The position numbers were made by a program, and so were the translations under genes. From Plasmodiophora brassicae (Eukaryota), in contig CP145418.1 in assembly GCA_036867785.1 (NCBI GenBank), positions 124,001 to 188,000 of the forward strand: a stretch of DNA of 64,000 bases, given 5' to 3'. Below are positions 34,901-49,900 of this stretch, piece by piece. The notes under the pieces are model-generated. The model ran no database searches. It was given only the letters and a program-made list of their open reading frames with translations, and was not told the origin of the DNA. Position 1 is the stretch's first letter. The number at the start of each line of letters is the position of its first letter.

Positions 34901-37900
34901 CCACGCCGTCGTTGCTGACAGACACGCGATACGTCCCCGGCAGTAACGGCGGGCGCGCGCACGCCATCTGCGTCGGCGACAAGGGGCGCGCCCCTGCCGA
35001 CACGACCGACGTCCCCTTCGTGAAGCGGCATTGTACCTCCCCAGACATGGCGAACCCCGTTCCTGCACATAGGCGCCAGTGAGTCGGCGCGACTGGCAGC
35101 GTAACAGAAATAGACGGACCTGAGATGTAGACCGTTTCGCCGCCGCCGGTCTGCCCGTCGAGCGGGTGCACGTTCGTGACGTTGGGCAACGGGTTCAGGA
35201 CCAGCTGGACGGTCTGGCTCGGGATGATGTTGCCCGCCGGGAACTGTAGGCCGACCCGATACAGGCCGGGCATCAGGTTCGCGGGCGTCTGGCACTGCGC
35301 AGCGAACGAGGCGACTGATGTTGCAGGCACCGTCACGACGGTGCCGTTGTCGAAGAAGCAACGCGACGGCGATGGGACAACAACGGGAACATTCGCCAGG
35401 CGCAACGTCAGCGTACGCGTAACTTGAGCCGTTGCCACGTTCGGCGTTACAGACACAACCGAAAGGTCGGCGTAGGTGAACGACGCTTCGAATGGGTGCA
35501 CGCGTTGGTTCCCTGGACAGCATCGTATTACTGCCGACCTTTGAGGTTACGAACGTCTCACTTGGCACCATACCTGAGACGTCCCGTACAACGAACTGGA
35601 CGGTCACCCTGGCCTGTGTGCGCATCTTGGGCGACACGCACAGGATCGCGAATCGGGACCCCGACAGGGTCGTGTTCGATGCCGGTACCGTGTCGGCGTA
35701 GGTGTCCGCAGAGAACAGGCACGCGACAACGGCGTCCCCACGACTGATCAGCACGGCGATCGTGATGGTGACCGATGTGCCACCCGCGGACGGGGCCCAG
35801 ACTGGCGACATCGTCATGCCACGAATCGATTCCGGCTGGACTGATACGTGCAGCGATGCCGTTGGCCAGTGAACGCCGTCATTGCCAACCTGATATGAAT
35901 GATCAGCAGAGCGACGTTCGACAACGCAACGCGAAACGTGCCTGGAGAGCGACAGCACCGACGACCTTCTCCGACATGGGCGCTTGGCACGTCACCGTTG
36001 TCGTCGACTGGAACAGGGCTCGGGCTAAAACCCGCCCTCCGAAGAGGCACTGGAGCGTCGGCGAATCAACGAATCCGGTCCCGGTCACCGTCACGGTCTG
36101 TCCTGCCCAGGTCGATACCGGCGACACGCTGCACAACGCCCAGATGAGCAACCATGACGCGACGTTCGCGACGAAGTGTACCTCGATAGTGTCGGCAGCG
36201 ATGCGTAATTGAAGACGGCGCCGGCGGTGCCGAGGACATTGCCACCTACGACGAGGTCGACCTCGACAGTGGACGGCGACCCGGCGGAAGGACTCCAACA
36301 GGTCAACGACGTCGACGACAACCAGGTCGTCGGGACGACGGTCGTACCAGCGAATCGGCACTGCATGCCGGGGACGAATCCGGACCCGGTCACCTGGATC
36401 GAATCCGATCCAGCCAGGGCGCCTGCGGTCGGCGACACCGACACCATCGGCACAGCGATGCGCTGCAGGACGACGGGCGACTCGGCGAACGTCAGGCCAT
36501 TATCAGTGGAGACGGCCACGCGCGTCGTTCCATCGGCCGTTACTTGACATGTCAGCGTGGTCGAGTTGACGACGGAGGCCTGTACCGTTGTTCTCGTCTG
36601 CCGGTCGAATCGGCACAGCGTCGGGCTGCGGAACCCGGCGCCGGTGACAGTGATCACGATCGGCGCGGCACCCGATGCGATGTACGCTGGCACGTGAACC
36701 GGCCAGACGCTCAACACCACGGGAGGTGTCGCCAGGATCGACAGGACCAAGTACGATGCAGACCAATCGACGCCATTGTTGCCGACGCGTAACGTAACGC
36801 GAGTAACGTTCGCCGACGTCATAACCGCTTCAGGCACGTTGCATCGCACGATGGACGCATTGTTGAAGACGGCCGGCACGACGACAACGCCGTTCAGCAG
36901 ACAGGATAGCGAGGGCGTGCCCATGAAGTTGGCACCCTGGACGACGACATCGGTGGTCCCTGGGGAGATCGCCGACGATGCGGCCGCCGATACGACCGTC
37001 GGCGCGTAGACGGTGAACGGCAGCGCTTGGCCGTACGAATGCAATGCGACGAACATGACGCCGACCTGCAAGCCGGATTGGGGCGTTGGGCACGTTGCCA
37101 GCGCGCTCGACACGGGAGCCACAGGCGTGGTCGCGAGCGGCGTCGCCGACGAGATCGTCGCGTAGAACAGACAGAATGACGCGCTGGTCAGGTTGGTCCC
37201 GCCCAGAGTCAACGTTGTGCCTCCGGAGACGGGCCCGGACGACGGTACCATGCGCTGAAGCGCGGGAACAGGCGTGCGGCGGTACACCAGCGTCCTCGCG
37301 TTGAACAGTGTCCCATCGGCGTTCATCAGGCGAACCGTGGACGACGGTGATAGCGACGGCGGCGCCTGGCACTGGACGGCGGTCGTGTTCAGGAAGATGG
37401 GCGATGGGGTTGTAATGACGGCACCGTCCCATTCGCACTGGACGCCGGGTACCATGCCCGACCCGACGAGGACAACGTTCTGGGTGATGCCCAGAGGTCC
37501 GGTCGCAGGCGACAGATAGAGGACAGTCGTGGCCACCTGCTTGATCGCTGCCGTGAACAGTTGGGCCGCACCGCACGCGACCGCCAGCGTTATCGATGTG
37601 GTCGCGTTACAGGACGGCAGGCGACAACGCAGCAGCGACGAAGAGACGACGCGAGCGCTGTAGGAGGTCGATGCGGACGACGACGACGACGACGAGGTGT
37701 ACAGGCATGTGAACGGCAGCGCGGGAGACAAATTGGATCCGGAGACCGACACGAACGCGTACGCGTCGCAGGGGACCGGCGACGCGGGCGACACCGACGA
37801 CACCGTCGGCATTGGGTACACAGTGAAGTTCGTGTCGAGCGTGGCGACACTGTCGAGGATCACCTGGAACTGGACGGCCGACCCTGCCGGGAGCGACGAC

Positions 37901-40900
37901 GGCGACGGGCACGACGCCGTCGTCCCCGACTGGAACGTCACCGGCGCCGTCGTCTGGACGGCGAACCGGCAGAACGCGCCGGACGTATCCGCGACGGCGC
38001 TGGCGAACACGAGGTGGATATCGGTGGACGTCCCCGGGATGCCGACCAGCGGGTACGCCGACACGACCGCCGGCGGCAACGCCGGGGCGTACACGACGGT
38101 GCTGTTGCGGCGGATGCCGTTGACGATCACGTCGACTGCAACAGCGCCGCTGGCCCAGCCGAGCGCAGTTCCATTTATAGCGCACTGCGCCGTCGCGTCG
38201 CTGCGCACCGTCGCGGACACGTTCACGGGCGCCGACCCGCCCCGCCGCACCCGGCACTGGACGACGTTCGGCGGTGCCAGACCGCGCCCCGTGATCGTCA
38301 CCAGCGCCGGCCACGACGACGTCACGTTGATGGCGTCCGCTAGACGCTCCAGCGTCAGCGACAGCGTGTTCGTCGCGTAGGGCGCATTGTCGAGCAGCAA
38401 CGTCACGTTGACGACCGTGCCGGCGTACACATCGGGGAGCGCGCAGGACACCGCGGACGACGACACGGTTGTCGCCGCAGACGACGACGTCGTGACCGGG
38501 CCGGTGAACGCGCAGGTCACCGTGCCCTGCGACCCTAGGGCCGGGCTTGTCGACAGCGTCAGCGTCGCCGTCGGCAGCATGGTTCCACTGCCGATGCGGG
38601 CGATCGTAACGCGCGGGATCGCTTCGAACGTGAGCGAAACGCCCGACACTTGAATCGGGACCAGACGCGTTTGCCCACGAACGCCGGGCGTCAACGCGAA
38701 CGTCATGAACGACGAATTGGCAATCGACGTGGCGTTGACAGCGACGCCGTTAACGGTCAAGTACGACGACGTCGGCGATGTGAACCCCGCGCCGCGAACC
38801 GTCAACGCGATCGTGTCCAGCGAGGACAACGTGGCGTACGCCGGCGAGACCGCGTCGAGGCGCGGCGCCAGGTACAATCGGAAGGGGACCGACGCCGACG
38901 CGAACGGCGCCACCGCGTTGATGACGGCGACGGACACCTGTGCCTGGTTCGGGAACTGCCACGCCGGCAACGTGCACGTTATCTCGTGCGCGCTGACGAA
39001 CGACCGCAACGGGACCAGCAGGGTGCCGTTGAACAGGCACGACGACTGCGACGTCAACTGCGACCCGACGACCGTGACGACGGTGTCGAACGCGGACGCG
39101 CCCGACGACGGCGACACGGACGCGACCGTCGGCGAGAACGCGGTCGGAACTGGCAACGCCGCCGACGACGTCACGCCCAGGTCGTTGGAGACCGCCACCG
39201 TTAGCGACGTCATCGACGTGCACCCGATAGCGGCCAGCGACGACACGCTGCAGACGACCTGCGTTGCCGACAGGAACGTACCCGGGGCGGGTACGCGCCG
39301 GGGCACCGGCGCGGCGCACGTGAACACGCACCGGAGGTCCGTGCTAGACAGGAAGTTCGCACCGGTGACGGTCACGCCGCCGCTGAACGCGTCCGCGACG
39401 AACGACACGGAGGCCAACGTCGGCTGTTGGGCGAAGACCTGCAGGGCGACAGGCGATTCGGACAGGAAGCGTTGCAGGGCGTCGGTCACGGCCACCAGCA
39501 CCGGGGACGCGCCGGGGGCGATCGCGCCCGGCACCGGACACACGACCTGGCGACTCGTCTGCGACGTCGGCGATGTCACCCACGACGTGGACAGGTTGGC
39601 GGCGATGAACTTGCATTGGCACTGCGGGAACAGCAGGTTCGCGCCGGTGAGGGTGACGCTGGCGGACGCGCCCGTCCATGCCAAGGTGGCCGGCGTCACG
39701 CCCGACACGACGGGCTGATTGTAGACGGAGACGGCCAGCGTCGACGCCAGCTGGTACCAGTTGTCGATGACGATCGTGACGGTGGACGTCGCGAACAGCA
39801 CCAGCGCGCCGCAGTCGACAGCGGTCCCGTTCAGCAGCGTGCCAGGCGTCGCTGTCCCGGGCAGGATCAGGCACGACAGCGTCATGTGCGACGATAACGA
39901 CACGAGCGGCGCAGCGTACACGACCACCTTGGACGGGACGCCGGCGATCATCCAGCTGGGCGACACGCCGGCGAGAACGGGGTCGGACGTCGCATACGGG
40001 AACGTTCGCGTCGTCCAGGGCGCCACCAGCTGGCGGAACGTTGCCCCATTGTCGATCGACAACGAGACCGACGTGGCGTTCCCGTACGCCTGACTAGCGC
40101 TGGGCACCTGGCAGACCAGCGCGGTCGCGTTCAGGACGAACCCGGGCGATGCCGGCGCGTCATCGAACTTGCAGAGGACTGGGGACGACTGCGGGAACGC
40201 GGTCCCGACGATGGTGACATACGTTGTCGACAGCGGCGTCGACGACGACGGGACGGCCGCGGGCATCGGTACGACGTCGAACGTCAGCTTCGAGGGCGAC
40301 CCGGCTGGGTAGAGTGGGTCGGCGACCTGCAGGGCGAACCGACCGGGCGTCGTCGTTGGAACCGTGCAGATGAGCGCGGACGAGTTCAGACGCAGCGTCG
40401 ACAAGGGCGTGACGCCCTGCAGGATGCAGAAGGCGCCGGGTGCGAAATCGGCGCCCTGGACGGTGATGGACGCGGATCCGCCCGCCGCCTGCCAAGCCTG
40501 CGAAGGCGACAGCGAATAGAGACGCGACGAATCGACCGTTTGAAGGGCGGTCTGCTGGGCGGACGACCCGACGGGCAGGCCGGCCCCGGCGATCGTGATA
40601 CGTGTCGTCCCCGAGGGCAACGCCGGGATCAGGCAGGTCCCTTGCGAGTTGTTGACCATGCGGGCAGTAACCGGCGACACGCTAGAACGAGGACAACAGT
40701 CAGCGCCAGGACAAAGCCAGTCATCACCCCAGCCGACCGACTTTGGCATAGAGCAATAGATCGGCGATGGCGACGACAGCAAGTTCGTCCCCCAGAACGT
40801 CAGCGTCGTCGGGTACGCGGATGCGGCCGACACCCTACACGACCTTCTGTCAGCAACCGGGACCGATACACGAACGACGTTTGCCCCGTACGTGGACGTC

Positions 40901-43900
40901 GTCAGGATGGACGCGGGCGGGATGAACGAGAAGTTGACGGAGGCGCTGTGTTCGTTGCAAATCAGACAAGGGTGGTGGCGCCCCGTCTGCCCAGGCGCTC
41001 CGTACCTGGCACCAATGGATAACGTGGCGTACAGCGAACGGAACGGTGGCGCCTCGGGTACGTCGCATCGAGCCAACGTCGACGATAGCGCGTGCATCGT
41101 CGTGGCGACCCTGGACCCGAATATGCATTGCGAGGCGTTCGTCGATAGGAACCCGGTGCCGTTGACCAGCACGTGGTCCACCTGATGCGTACGATGCATG
41201 GGTGGAGCGGTTTCCGTAACGGGATACGCTTGCGGGTACCTGTTGCCCATTGGGAACGTAGGCCTGCAGGCCGGTGATCGTGACAGCTGTAGGCGAGCGA
41301 ACAACGGTGGCGAACGGCGCGAATCGGGACGCGCTGTCGACGCTGCTGATCTCGACCAGGACCCGTTCGCCCCGTAACGCTGATGGCAACGGGCACGACA
41401 CGTGGCTGGTGTCGATGATCGATGCGGTCACGACGACCTGGGCCGTCCGGTTGTCGTACCGCGACAGCCGGCACGCCGGCGACGCACCGATGACGCCGTT
41501 CGTGGTGACGATCACCGACGACAACGATGGCGACATGGCCGCCGACAGGGCCTGGACCTCGACTATGGCGCTGGCCCAACACGTCAGCGATTGGCGAACG
41601 ACGACGGCAGGGTGCTGACTTACGCCGGCAGCGCCAGCTGGTTGCTGGGCATCGATATGCCATCGGCGATCGAGCTGATGAAGAACGTGCCCTGGACGGT
41701 GGTGCTCCCGAGCGTCGGTATGGCGCATTGCAGGTAGGTGCCGTTGGTGACGGTGGCGGGGACGGCGGTCGTGTCAAAGTAGCACGTGACCGACGCGGAC
41801 GCCATGTCGTACCGGCCGTAGACGCCCAGCATCGACGTCGTTGCCAGCGTTCGCTGCGCCAACGACAACGCCCTGATCGAGAAGTCGCCAATGTCGTCGA
41901 TCTGGACGCTGCCGCGGGACACGATCACGGTCCCGTCGTTGATGCCGATCTGGACGGTCACGTTGCCGAATCGGGGCGGGATCGCGGGCAACGGGCACGT
42001 CACCCCGGCCAGCGTCGGCAGCGTTGTCGCCGGGGCGATCAGGGCGCCCGATCCCAGGACGCACTGGAACGGGATCGACGTCGTTGCGAAACCGGCCCCC
42101 AATACCGTCAGCACGGATGCGCCCGACGACGCCGACTCGAACGCCATCGACGCGTTCACCAGGACTGGAAGTCTTATCAGCGATGCGAGACGCGTCCATC
42201 GAATGGGACGTACCAATGTCGAAGAAGGTGAATGTGACTGCGCTGGGCACGAACGGGCTCGTTGGCAGGCCGGTGGCGACGCTGAGCGTTCGTGCCCCGA
42301 CGAGCGCCGGTGTGACGGGGATCGTGCAGAGCAGCGTCGTGCTGCTGACGAACGTCGCTGGCAGCGTCGTGTTCGTGCCGATCTGCAGGAACGAGGTCGA
42401 CGTGAACCCGGCGCCGGTGACCGTGATCTGGTTCGACGACCACAGCGACCCGCCCACGGGCGACACCAGCGTGATGGACGGGCGCGGCACGACAGCGATC
42501 TCGATCGCTTCCGACTGGTTCCCGTTCGGGTACAGAAGGCTGATCGGCGTCGACGGCGACGACAGCGCCGTTACCGTCACGTGCATTGCCGTTGTGTTGA
42601 CGATCGCCGGCGCGATGGTCACGTCCCCGACGAGAACGGCGAGGACAGCGCCGGCCGAGAACCCGGTTCCCGTCAGCGTCAACGACTTCGGCGCACCATC
42701 ATCGTAGACCAGCGATGGCGACACCGATGCGATCGTCGGCTGCGCCGGCAACGACAATGGAGTCGCGATTCGCGGCGACGACGCGTCGCCGGCCGTCACA
42801 TTGTACGACGGCAGCGACGTCGACGGGATGCGGCACAGGATGGACGTCGCGTTCAGGTAGACGGCCGTCACCGTGAACGTCAGGAACCCGTCATCTGTGT
42901 CGCACCAAACGCTGAGTCGACTGCTCCACAGGCCCAGGTTCGTGCACGGGTACCGAACGAGCACGACAGGGACGGGGAATCGCGGAACCTGGACCCGTAG
43001 ACGAGGGCCGTCTCCGGCGTCAGCATTCGCGCCGAGCTGGCGGCGCCGTTGGAGAAGAGCGTCACCGGCTGCAGGCCCGTTGTCGCATTCGCGAACGACA
43101 GCACGAGCGACAGGTCCACCGTTCCTGCTTGTCGACGGTTACGTCAAGATACGAGCGCGCGCGCCCCTGCCTTCCGTACCTGATAGGCCCGACCGCGCTG
43201 GCGTCGGGCATGTCACCGACGTCGACGTGACCTGCGTCGGGACCGTCGACGTCGACCCGAACTTGCAGAGCATGTCGTACCCGGTCGGGAAGGTGCCGGT
43301 GACGATGACGCTGGATGACACGTTCGCGTCGAGGGCGGACGGCGACACGCCCGTCACCACCGGGGACGGCACGACGGGCACAACAATGATCGGCGACCCG
43401 CGAACGTCGTCGGCGAACTGGACGGCCAGGGCGGGTGCCCGCGCCGTCAGCGCCGGGATCGTGCAGACGACCAGCGTCGGGGTCGCCAGCGTTGCCGCGC
43501 CGATCGACGTCCCGTTCAACAGGCAGGCCACCGACCCGACCGCATTGAACCGCTGACCTGTGCACAGCAACGGGTCGCTTAGCGGCGGACGACCATCACG
43601 TCGACGATGTCCCGTTCGGTACCGCGAATGGACAGTTGCACCGAGGTAGGCGATAACTCGGCAACGTACGACGGCGTCGTGCCGGTGATGACCATCGCGT
43701 CCAGGACGCTGACCGGGATCGACGGCCCTGACATCGAGACGCCCGGGGCGACGACGGCAACCTGTTTGGCATCAGCACACGGCGACAGGGGGGCGCGACG
43801 CGAACGAGGCGAACGTACCGCCATGGACGTGGGGCGGAACGGGTCCTCGGGGATGCGACACCGGATCTCGGTACTCGCGACCCAGAGGGCATCCGACGCC

Positions 43901-46900
43901 ACCGTATGGTTCGTCGAGTTCATGTACAGGCATTGCAGGGCGGACGCGGCCGTCGCGTTCGTCTCGAACCCGGACCCGGTGACGGTCAGGATCAGGCCGG
44001 ATCCCTGGCCGGCCACCAGGACCGATGGCCGGATCTGGGTCACCACCGGCGTCGACACGTACCGGAACACGAGGGACGCGCCCGTCCACCCGGCGATCCC
44101 GTTCGACATTCGCAGGGACACGGGCCCGGACGACGTATGCGCCGGCGTCGTGCACGTCGCTAACGACGACGTGACGATCGTCGCGGCCACCTGCGTCGCC
44201 GAGCCGAACAGGCACGACTGGGATGTGCCGACGAACCCGGACCCATGCAGCGTGATCTGTGTGCCGCCCGACGTGGTGCCCCAGGCCGGAACGACGCTGG
44301 TCAACACGACGTCGCCGTAGACCGTGAACGGCGTCGTCAGCGTGACGTTGGCGTCGCTGTTCAGCACGACCCGGAGCGTCGTGGTGTACCCGGCTGGCAA
44401 CGCGGGCGACAGGCATTGCAGGGCCGAGGCGTTCACGAACGTCGACTGGACGGTGACACCCGCGAACACGCAGGTGACGACGTCACTGCTGCTGGCGTTG
44501 ACCGTCCTGATCGTGATCGGGAGACCGCCCCGCTCTGGCGACGCCTTCGGGTTGGCGTCCACCAGCACAGGAACCGCCACCGTCTGGCTGAACACGCTGG
44601 AAGACACAGCTGCGAACACAAACACAGAGAGTCGGATCAGTTGCCACCATAGCGGACGCGGTGATGGCGCGTACCGAAGCTGAACGCTTTGGCGTCGTTG
44701 GCAACCTGGACGGAGACGTTCGCCGGCAGCGCCAGCGGGGGCGTGATGCAGGACACGGTGCTGGCCGACACGTACCGGGCGAGGGTCAGCGCGCCGCCGA
44801 ACGAGCACGACAGGTACGGGGCGTCCACGAACCCGGATCCCGTCACCGTCACCGACGTGTTCCCGTAGACGGGCCCACGAGTCGGCTTGATCTGTTAACA
44901 ACGGTTCACGCGTGGCCACGATCTTTCTCTGGCGCTAGTACCGATTGGACGACGGGGCGCGCAAAGAGTTCGATCAGGAAGGTGTCGGGCGGCTCCTCGG
45001 TCAGGGTCGATTCGCCGCTAACGATGGCGAACCGGGCGAGCCCTGGCGACAGGTTGCCGGCCTGGCAAATGACGCTGGTCGTCGAATAGGACGTCGCCGG
45101 GACGCGTACGGGGCCGATCTGACAGGTCGGGGCGACGTGGAAGACGGGGAACGCGCCCGTCGCGTTGAACACGGATACGTTGGCGCTCGAGACACTGACC
45201 AAGGTGACTGCCGACAGCGTCGGGCGCTTCTCGGGCGTCACCATCGGTGCCGCCAGCGTCGCCACGTCGTTGTTGCTGGTGACGACGCTGAGCGTGTACG
45301 ACGACGTGGACGGCAGGCGCGGCGCCGGGCACACGATCATCGTACTGTTCAGGAAAGCTGCGGGGACGCGAACGTCGTTGAACGCGCACGCCAACGCCGC
45401 CGTCAGCGGGAACGATGTGCCGCTGACCGTCAAAGCGCCTGCGTTGCACGTGCGGGTCAGCAGGAGAGCGACGTTGTCGACAGGTGCAGGTGCGTGCGCC
45501 TCACTGGGTGTTTGCTCGAAGACGATTCGCTGGACGATGCCGGTGACGGAGACGGCCGGCACGTACCGGTAGTACAGGACATCCGGCGCGTAATCGACGC
45601 CTCCGTTGAGCGACACGCGGACAGACACGTTGCCAGACGCGACCGCCGGCGGCGTCACGATATCGACCCGCGTGCTGTACGACATGCATGAGGCGCAGGG
45701 ACGCGGCAACGATGGAACCACCACGACGGGGGCAACCTTGAGATGAAGGTGGCCGGGGCGGTCCGGTTGCCGATCAGGCAGGTCAGGTAGGGCGAGTTCA
45801 GGTAGTTGAACCCGTAAACGCGGACGGTGGTGTTGCCGGCGACCGTCCCCCAGGGGGGCCACAGCGACGCCAGGCGCACGGGCGCATAGAAGCGGAACGA
45901 CAGGCCCGTCGACAGGAACGTGTTTGGGTCGGCGGCATCCGCTACCGAGATCGTCGCTGCGCGATCGTTCAGCACACCTTCGACAACGCCAACAGCACCG
46001 CATGCAGCGACGAACCGGTTCCCGGGAACATGGCCGGCATGACGAAGCGGATCGCGGTGGCGTTCACGAAGCCGGGCGTGGCGTACCTGGCGTCGGGCCC
46101 TGCGCCGATCTGGACCGACAACGACATGACCGACGTGTTGAACCGGGTGCTGGCACCCGACGCGACGGTCAGGTATACGGTCGACGATCCAGCGGCGGGG
46201 CCCATGGTCGGTGATATGCCCGTTGGGATCGTCGTCTCGAGGAACCGGACCTGTTTCGGCAACGTGGCGAACACGCCGCCCCCGTCCAGGCTCAACGCCA
46301 GCGACAACGTCGTGCCGGCTGGCTGGAACGGCGCCGCACAGGTCGCCGTCGTCGTGCTGGCGATCTGGGCCGGCGCCAGTGTGCCGGTCCCGAACTGGCA
46401 AACGGCCAGCGACGTGTTGTAGAACCCGGCGCCCGTGATGGTGACCAGGGTGCCGCCCAGCCACGTCACGTTCACCGGTGTGAACGACGCCACCGTGATC
46501 GGCGTCGTGAACTGGACGTTGACGGTGTCGGTGGAGAACTCCTGCAGGTTGTTCGTCACCCGAACTTGGTAGGAGCCGGCGCCGTGCGCGTTCGTCGTGA
46601 CGTGCAACTCCTGCGACGACACGAAGACGGGCGTGTAGAGCGTCGCGTCGATGCGGACGCGCAGGTTGGGGCTGTTCAGGAACAGGTACCCGGAGACGGT
46701 GATGGGCGTGCCGCCCAGCGTCGACGCCCGTCCTGGCAGCACACTGACGACGCGCGGCAGGCGCGCGTACGTGAACGTGGTCCAGGACGGCGGCGTGAAC
46801 GACAACCCGGAGAACGACAGGTCGACCCAGGCGGGACCCAGCGCTGCCGCCGGCGTCGTGCATTGCACATGCGTGCTTGACACGAACGTGGCCGATACCC

Positions 46901-49900
46901 AGTGCACCGCCTGCAGGCTGTCGTTGAACGCGCACATGGCCCTGTAGGGCGGGCTCAGTGCAAGCGCGACGACGACAACGACGACGGGAACACAGCAGGT
47001 ACCTGTCGTTTCGGAAGTCGGCGCCCCAGACGTCGACCAGCGTGCCGCCGGCAAGGACGCCGGTCGGTGGTGTCAGCGACGTGATGGTGGGGCGGTTCAC
47101 CAGCGTGACGTTCGCCGACGTCGCCGACCATTCCCCTTGCGAGTTGCGAACGGCGAACGTGACGGGGGCGGACTGGTACCGGCTGGGTGTCATGCAGAGC
47201 AGGGCGGTGGAGTTGACGAACTGGGCCGGCACGATCTGCCGCCACCCGACGATGCACGCCGTGTAATTCGACTGGACAAAGTTGGCGCCGACGACCGTGA
47301 CCAGCTGCGAGGTCGTCGCGTACGTCGGCGCGACGTAGCTGACGACCGCCAGCGGGGCGAGGCCCACGACCAGCGGCGGGGCCGTGAATTCGATGCCGTT
47401 ATTCGAGATGGCGACGGTCACGTTCGTCCCCGACGACGGGGCCGGCAACGCGCACAGGACCGTCTTCTGATCCAGGAACGTCGCAGGCACCAGAGCCGCC
47501 TGGCTGCTGAACTTGCACGCCAGGTACCTGCTGTTGATGAAGTAGTCGCCAATGACGGTGATCGTCGTCGTCCGCCCATACGGGACCGTTGTCGGCGTCA
47601 TCAGCCGCGTCGTCACCGCCGGGTGCGTGACGTTAAACAGCAGGCGCATCGACGAGAAGTCGACCATGTTGCTCGCGATCGTCAGCGTTGTCATGGCCTC
47701 CGCCGCTGAACGAACGCATCAGACACGGGGGATCGATACGAACGGGACCGTGCGCCTACATTTCATGGCGCTGGGGACCAGGCACAGGACGGTGGACGCC
47801 GAGACGAACGTGGCGTTGGCGAGCACCGCCCCGAACCGGCATGTCAGCCATTTGCCGGCGATGAAGTTGGCGCCCGTCACCGTCACCGTCACGTTGTTGG
47901 CGACGACCGACGATGCCGACAACGGCGCCACGCTGGACACGACCGGCAGCGGCGAATACGTGTACGTCAGCGCGTTCGTCACGTCCTGCCCGTTGTTGGA
48001 CACGGTGAGCACCACCGCCGCGTACGACGACCACGCCGGCGCCGGACACGTCAACGACGTCGACGACAGGAACGTTGCGTGCACGATGGCAGACCCGAAC
48101 CGGCACGACAACCTGCCCGACAGGAGGAACCCGGTGCCGGCGACTGTCACGACGGTCCCGCCACTGATCGTCCCGAACGACGGCGTTAACGACGTGATCG
48201 TCGCCACCGGGTTGTACGTGAACAGCCGCCCGAACGACGTGAAGTCGCGGTTGTTGTTGCTGAGTTCCAGGGCGACCGTTTGGGCCGCCTGGGCCATCGA
48301 CAGGCAGGACACGGTCTGGGCATCGATGAGCGTGCCGGCGACGGCGACGTTGCCGAACCGGCAGGTGACCTGGCGCGAGAAGAACGCGCCGCGCAAGGTG
48401 ACCAGGGTGCCGCCGGTGACCGGGCCCGAATTGACCGACAGCGCCGCCGCCCCGTCCAGCTGAATGTCGAAGATCATGTCGACCTTGGCGCTGACGTTCG
48501 AGTACTGCTGCCCGTTCTCGCCGGTGGCGACGCGGACGATGCCGACGCCGCCGACGCCGGGCGGCACCGTGCAATTCACCGACGTCGCGTTGATGTACGC
48601 GGCCGACTGCCAGATCGTCCCGTTGAACACACATTGCGTTTCGCCCCGCACGAAGTTCACGCCGTAGACGAGCACGTTCCGGTTGGGCGATCGTATGCCT
48701 AGCTGGGTCGGGAACACGCCCGTCACCAGCGACGGGAGACGGTACGTGAACGGCAACGACGACGAGAAGTCCTGGCCATTGTTCGACACGGACACCAGCT
48801 GGGTACCGTACGACATGACGCTGGGCGACGTGCAAATCACCTGCGTCGTCGACATGTACCGCACCTTCACCGAGGACGTATTGAACTGGCAGGCGGCGTC
48901 GGCGCTGAAGCGGAACCCAGACCCGGTGATCGTGACGCGCGTCCCCCCGGTCCCGTTCGCCGGGTGCAGTGCCCTGCAACGAATCATTCAGTGACTCAGG
49001 ACAGCGAGGCGCCCGCGTGCCTCTCTCTATTCAGACCTTAACGTCGGCAGGTTCTCGACGGTGACCGATAGGCCAGACGACGTGTAGTGAATGGCGTTGA
49101 CGGACACTTCGACGGGAACGACGCCGCCGACGGAGGCGCCACCGGTGGGGAACGGGCAGTTGACCCAGGACGAAGACAGCCAGGTGGCGTTGACGACGGT
49201 GGACGCGTTGAACCGGCAGGTCATTGTGGACTGGCGCGGGAAGCCGGCGCCCCGAAGCAGGACGTTGGGTGTACCCGACGCCGACACATACAGGGGTGTC
49301 ACCTGGTACAGCGTCGGCTGCTGGTAGAACTGGAACGTCAGCGACGACGACGAGAAGTCGAAGGCGTTGTCGGACGCGTCGACCCGACTGGGCACCGTTA
49401 TCGACGGCGCCGGTGGCAACGAGCAACGCAGGCTGGTGCTGGAGACGTACGTCGCGGCGACGACGGCGCTGGCGAATCGACAGAGGTACCCGCCGCCACC
49501 GGTTCGAAACCCGGGCCCGAAGACAGTGATGGAGTACCCGCCGGAAACGGGGCCGGACGGCGGCCAGACCGACGTCAGGTTCGTGTTCCAGGGTCGGAAC
49601 TCGAACAGGACGTTCTGGTCCAGGTAGTCGGCACCGTTGTTCGATACGGAGACGTTGACGTGCGCGATGGACAGCAGCATGGGCTGACGGGGCGTCACAC
49701 AGGTCAGGCAGGTGGCGTTGAGGAAGACGGCCGGGGCGGACACGCTCCCGAATCGACAGGCGAGCAGGTCGGTCTGGGCGAACCCGTTGCCCCAGATGGT
49801 GACGGGCGTGCCGCCGTAGGCGGACCCGAACGCCGGCACCATTCGCGTGATGTTCGGCCAGGGCTGGTAGGCGAACACGACGCCGCTCTTCGTGAAGTTC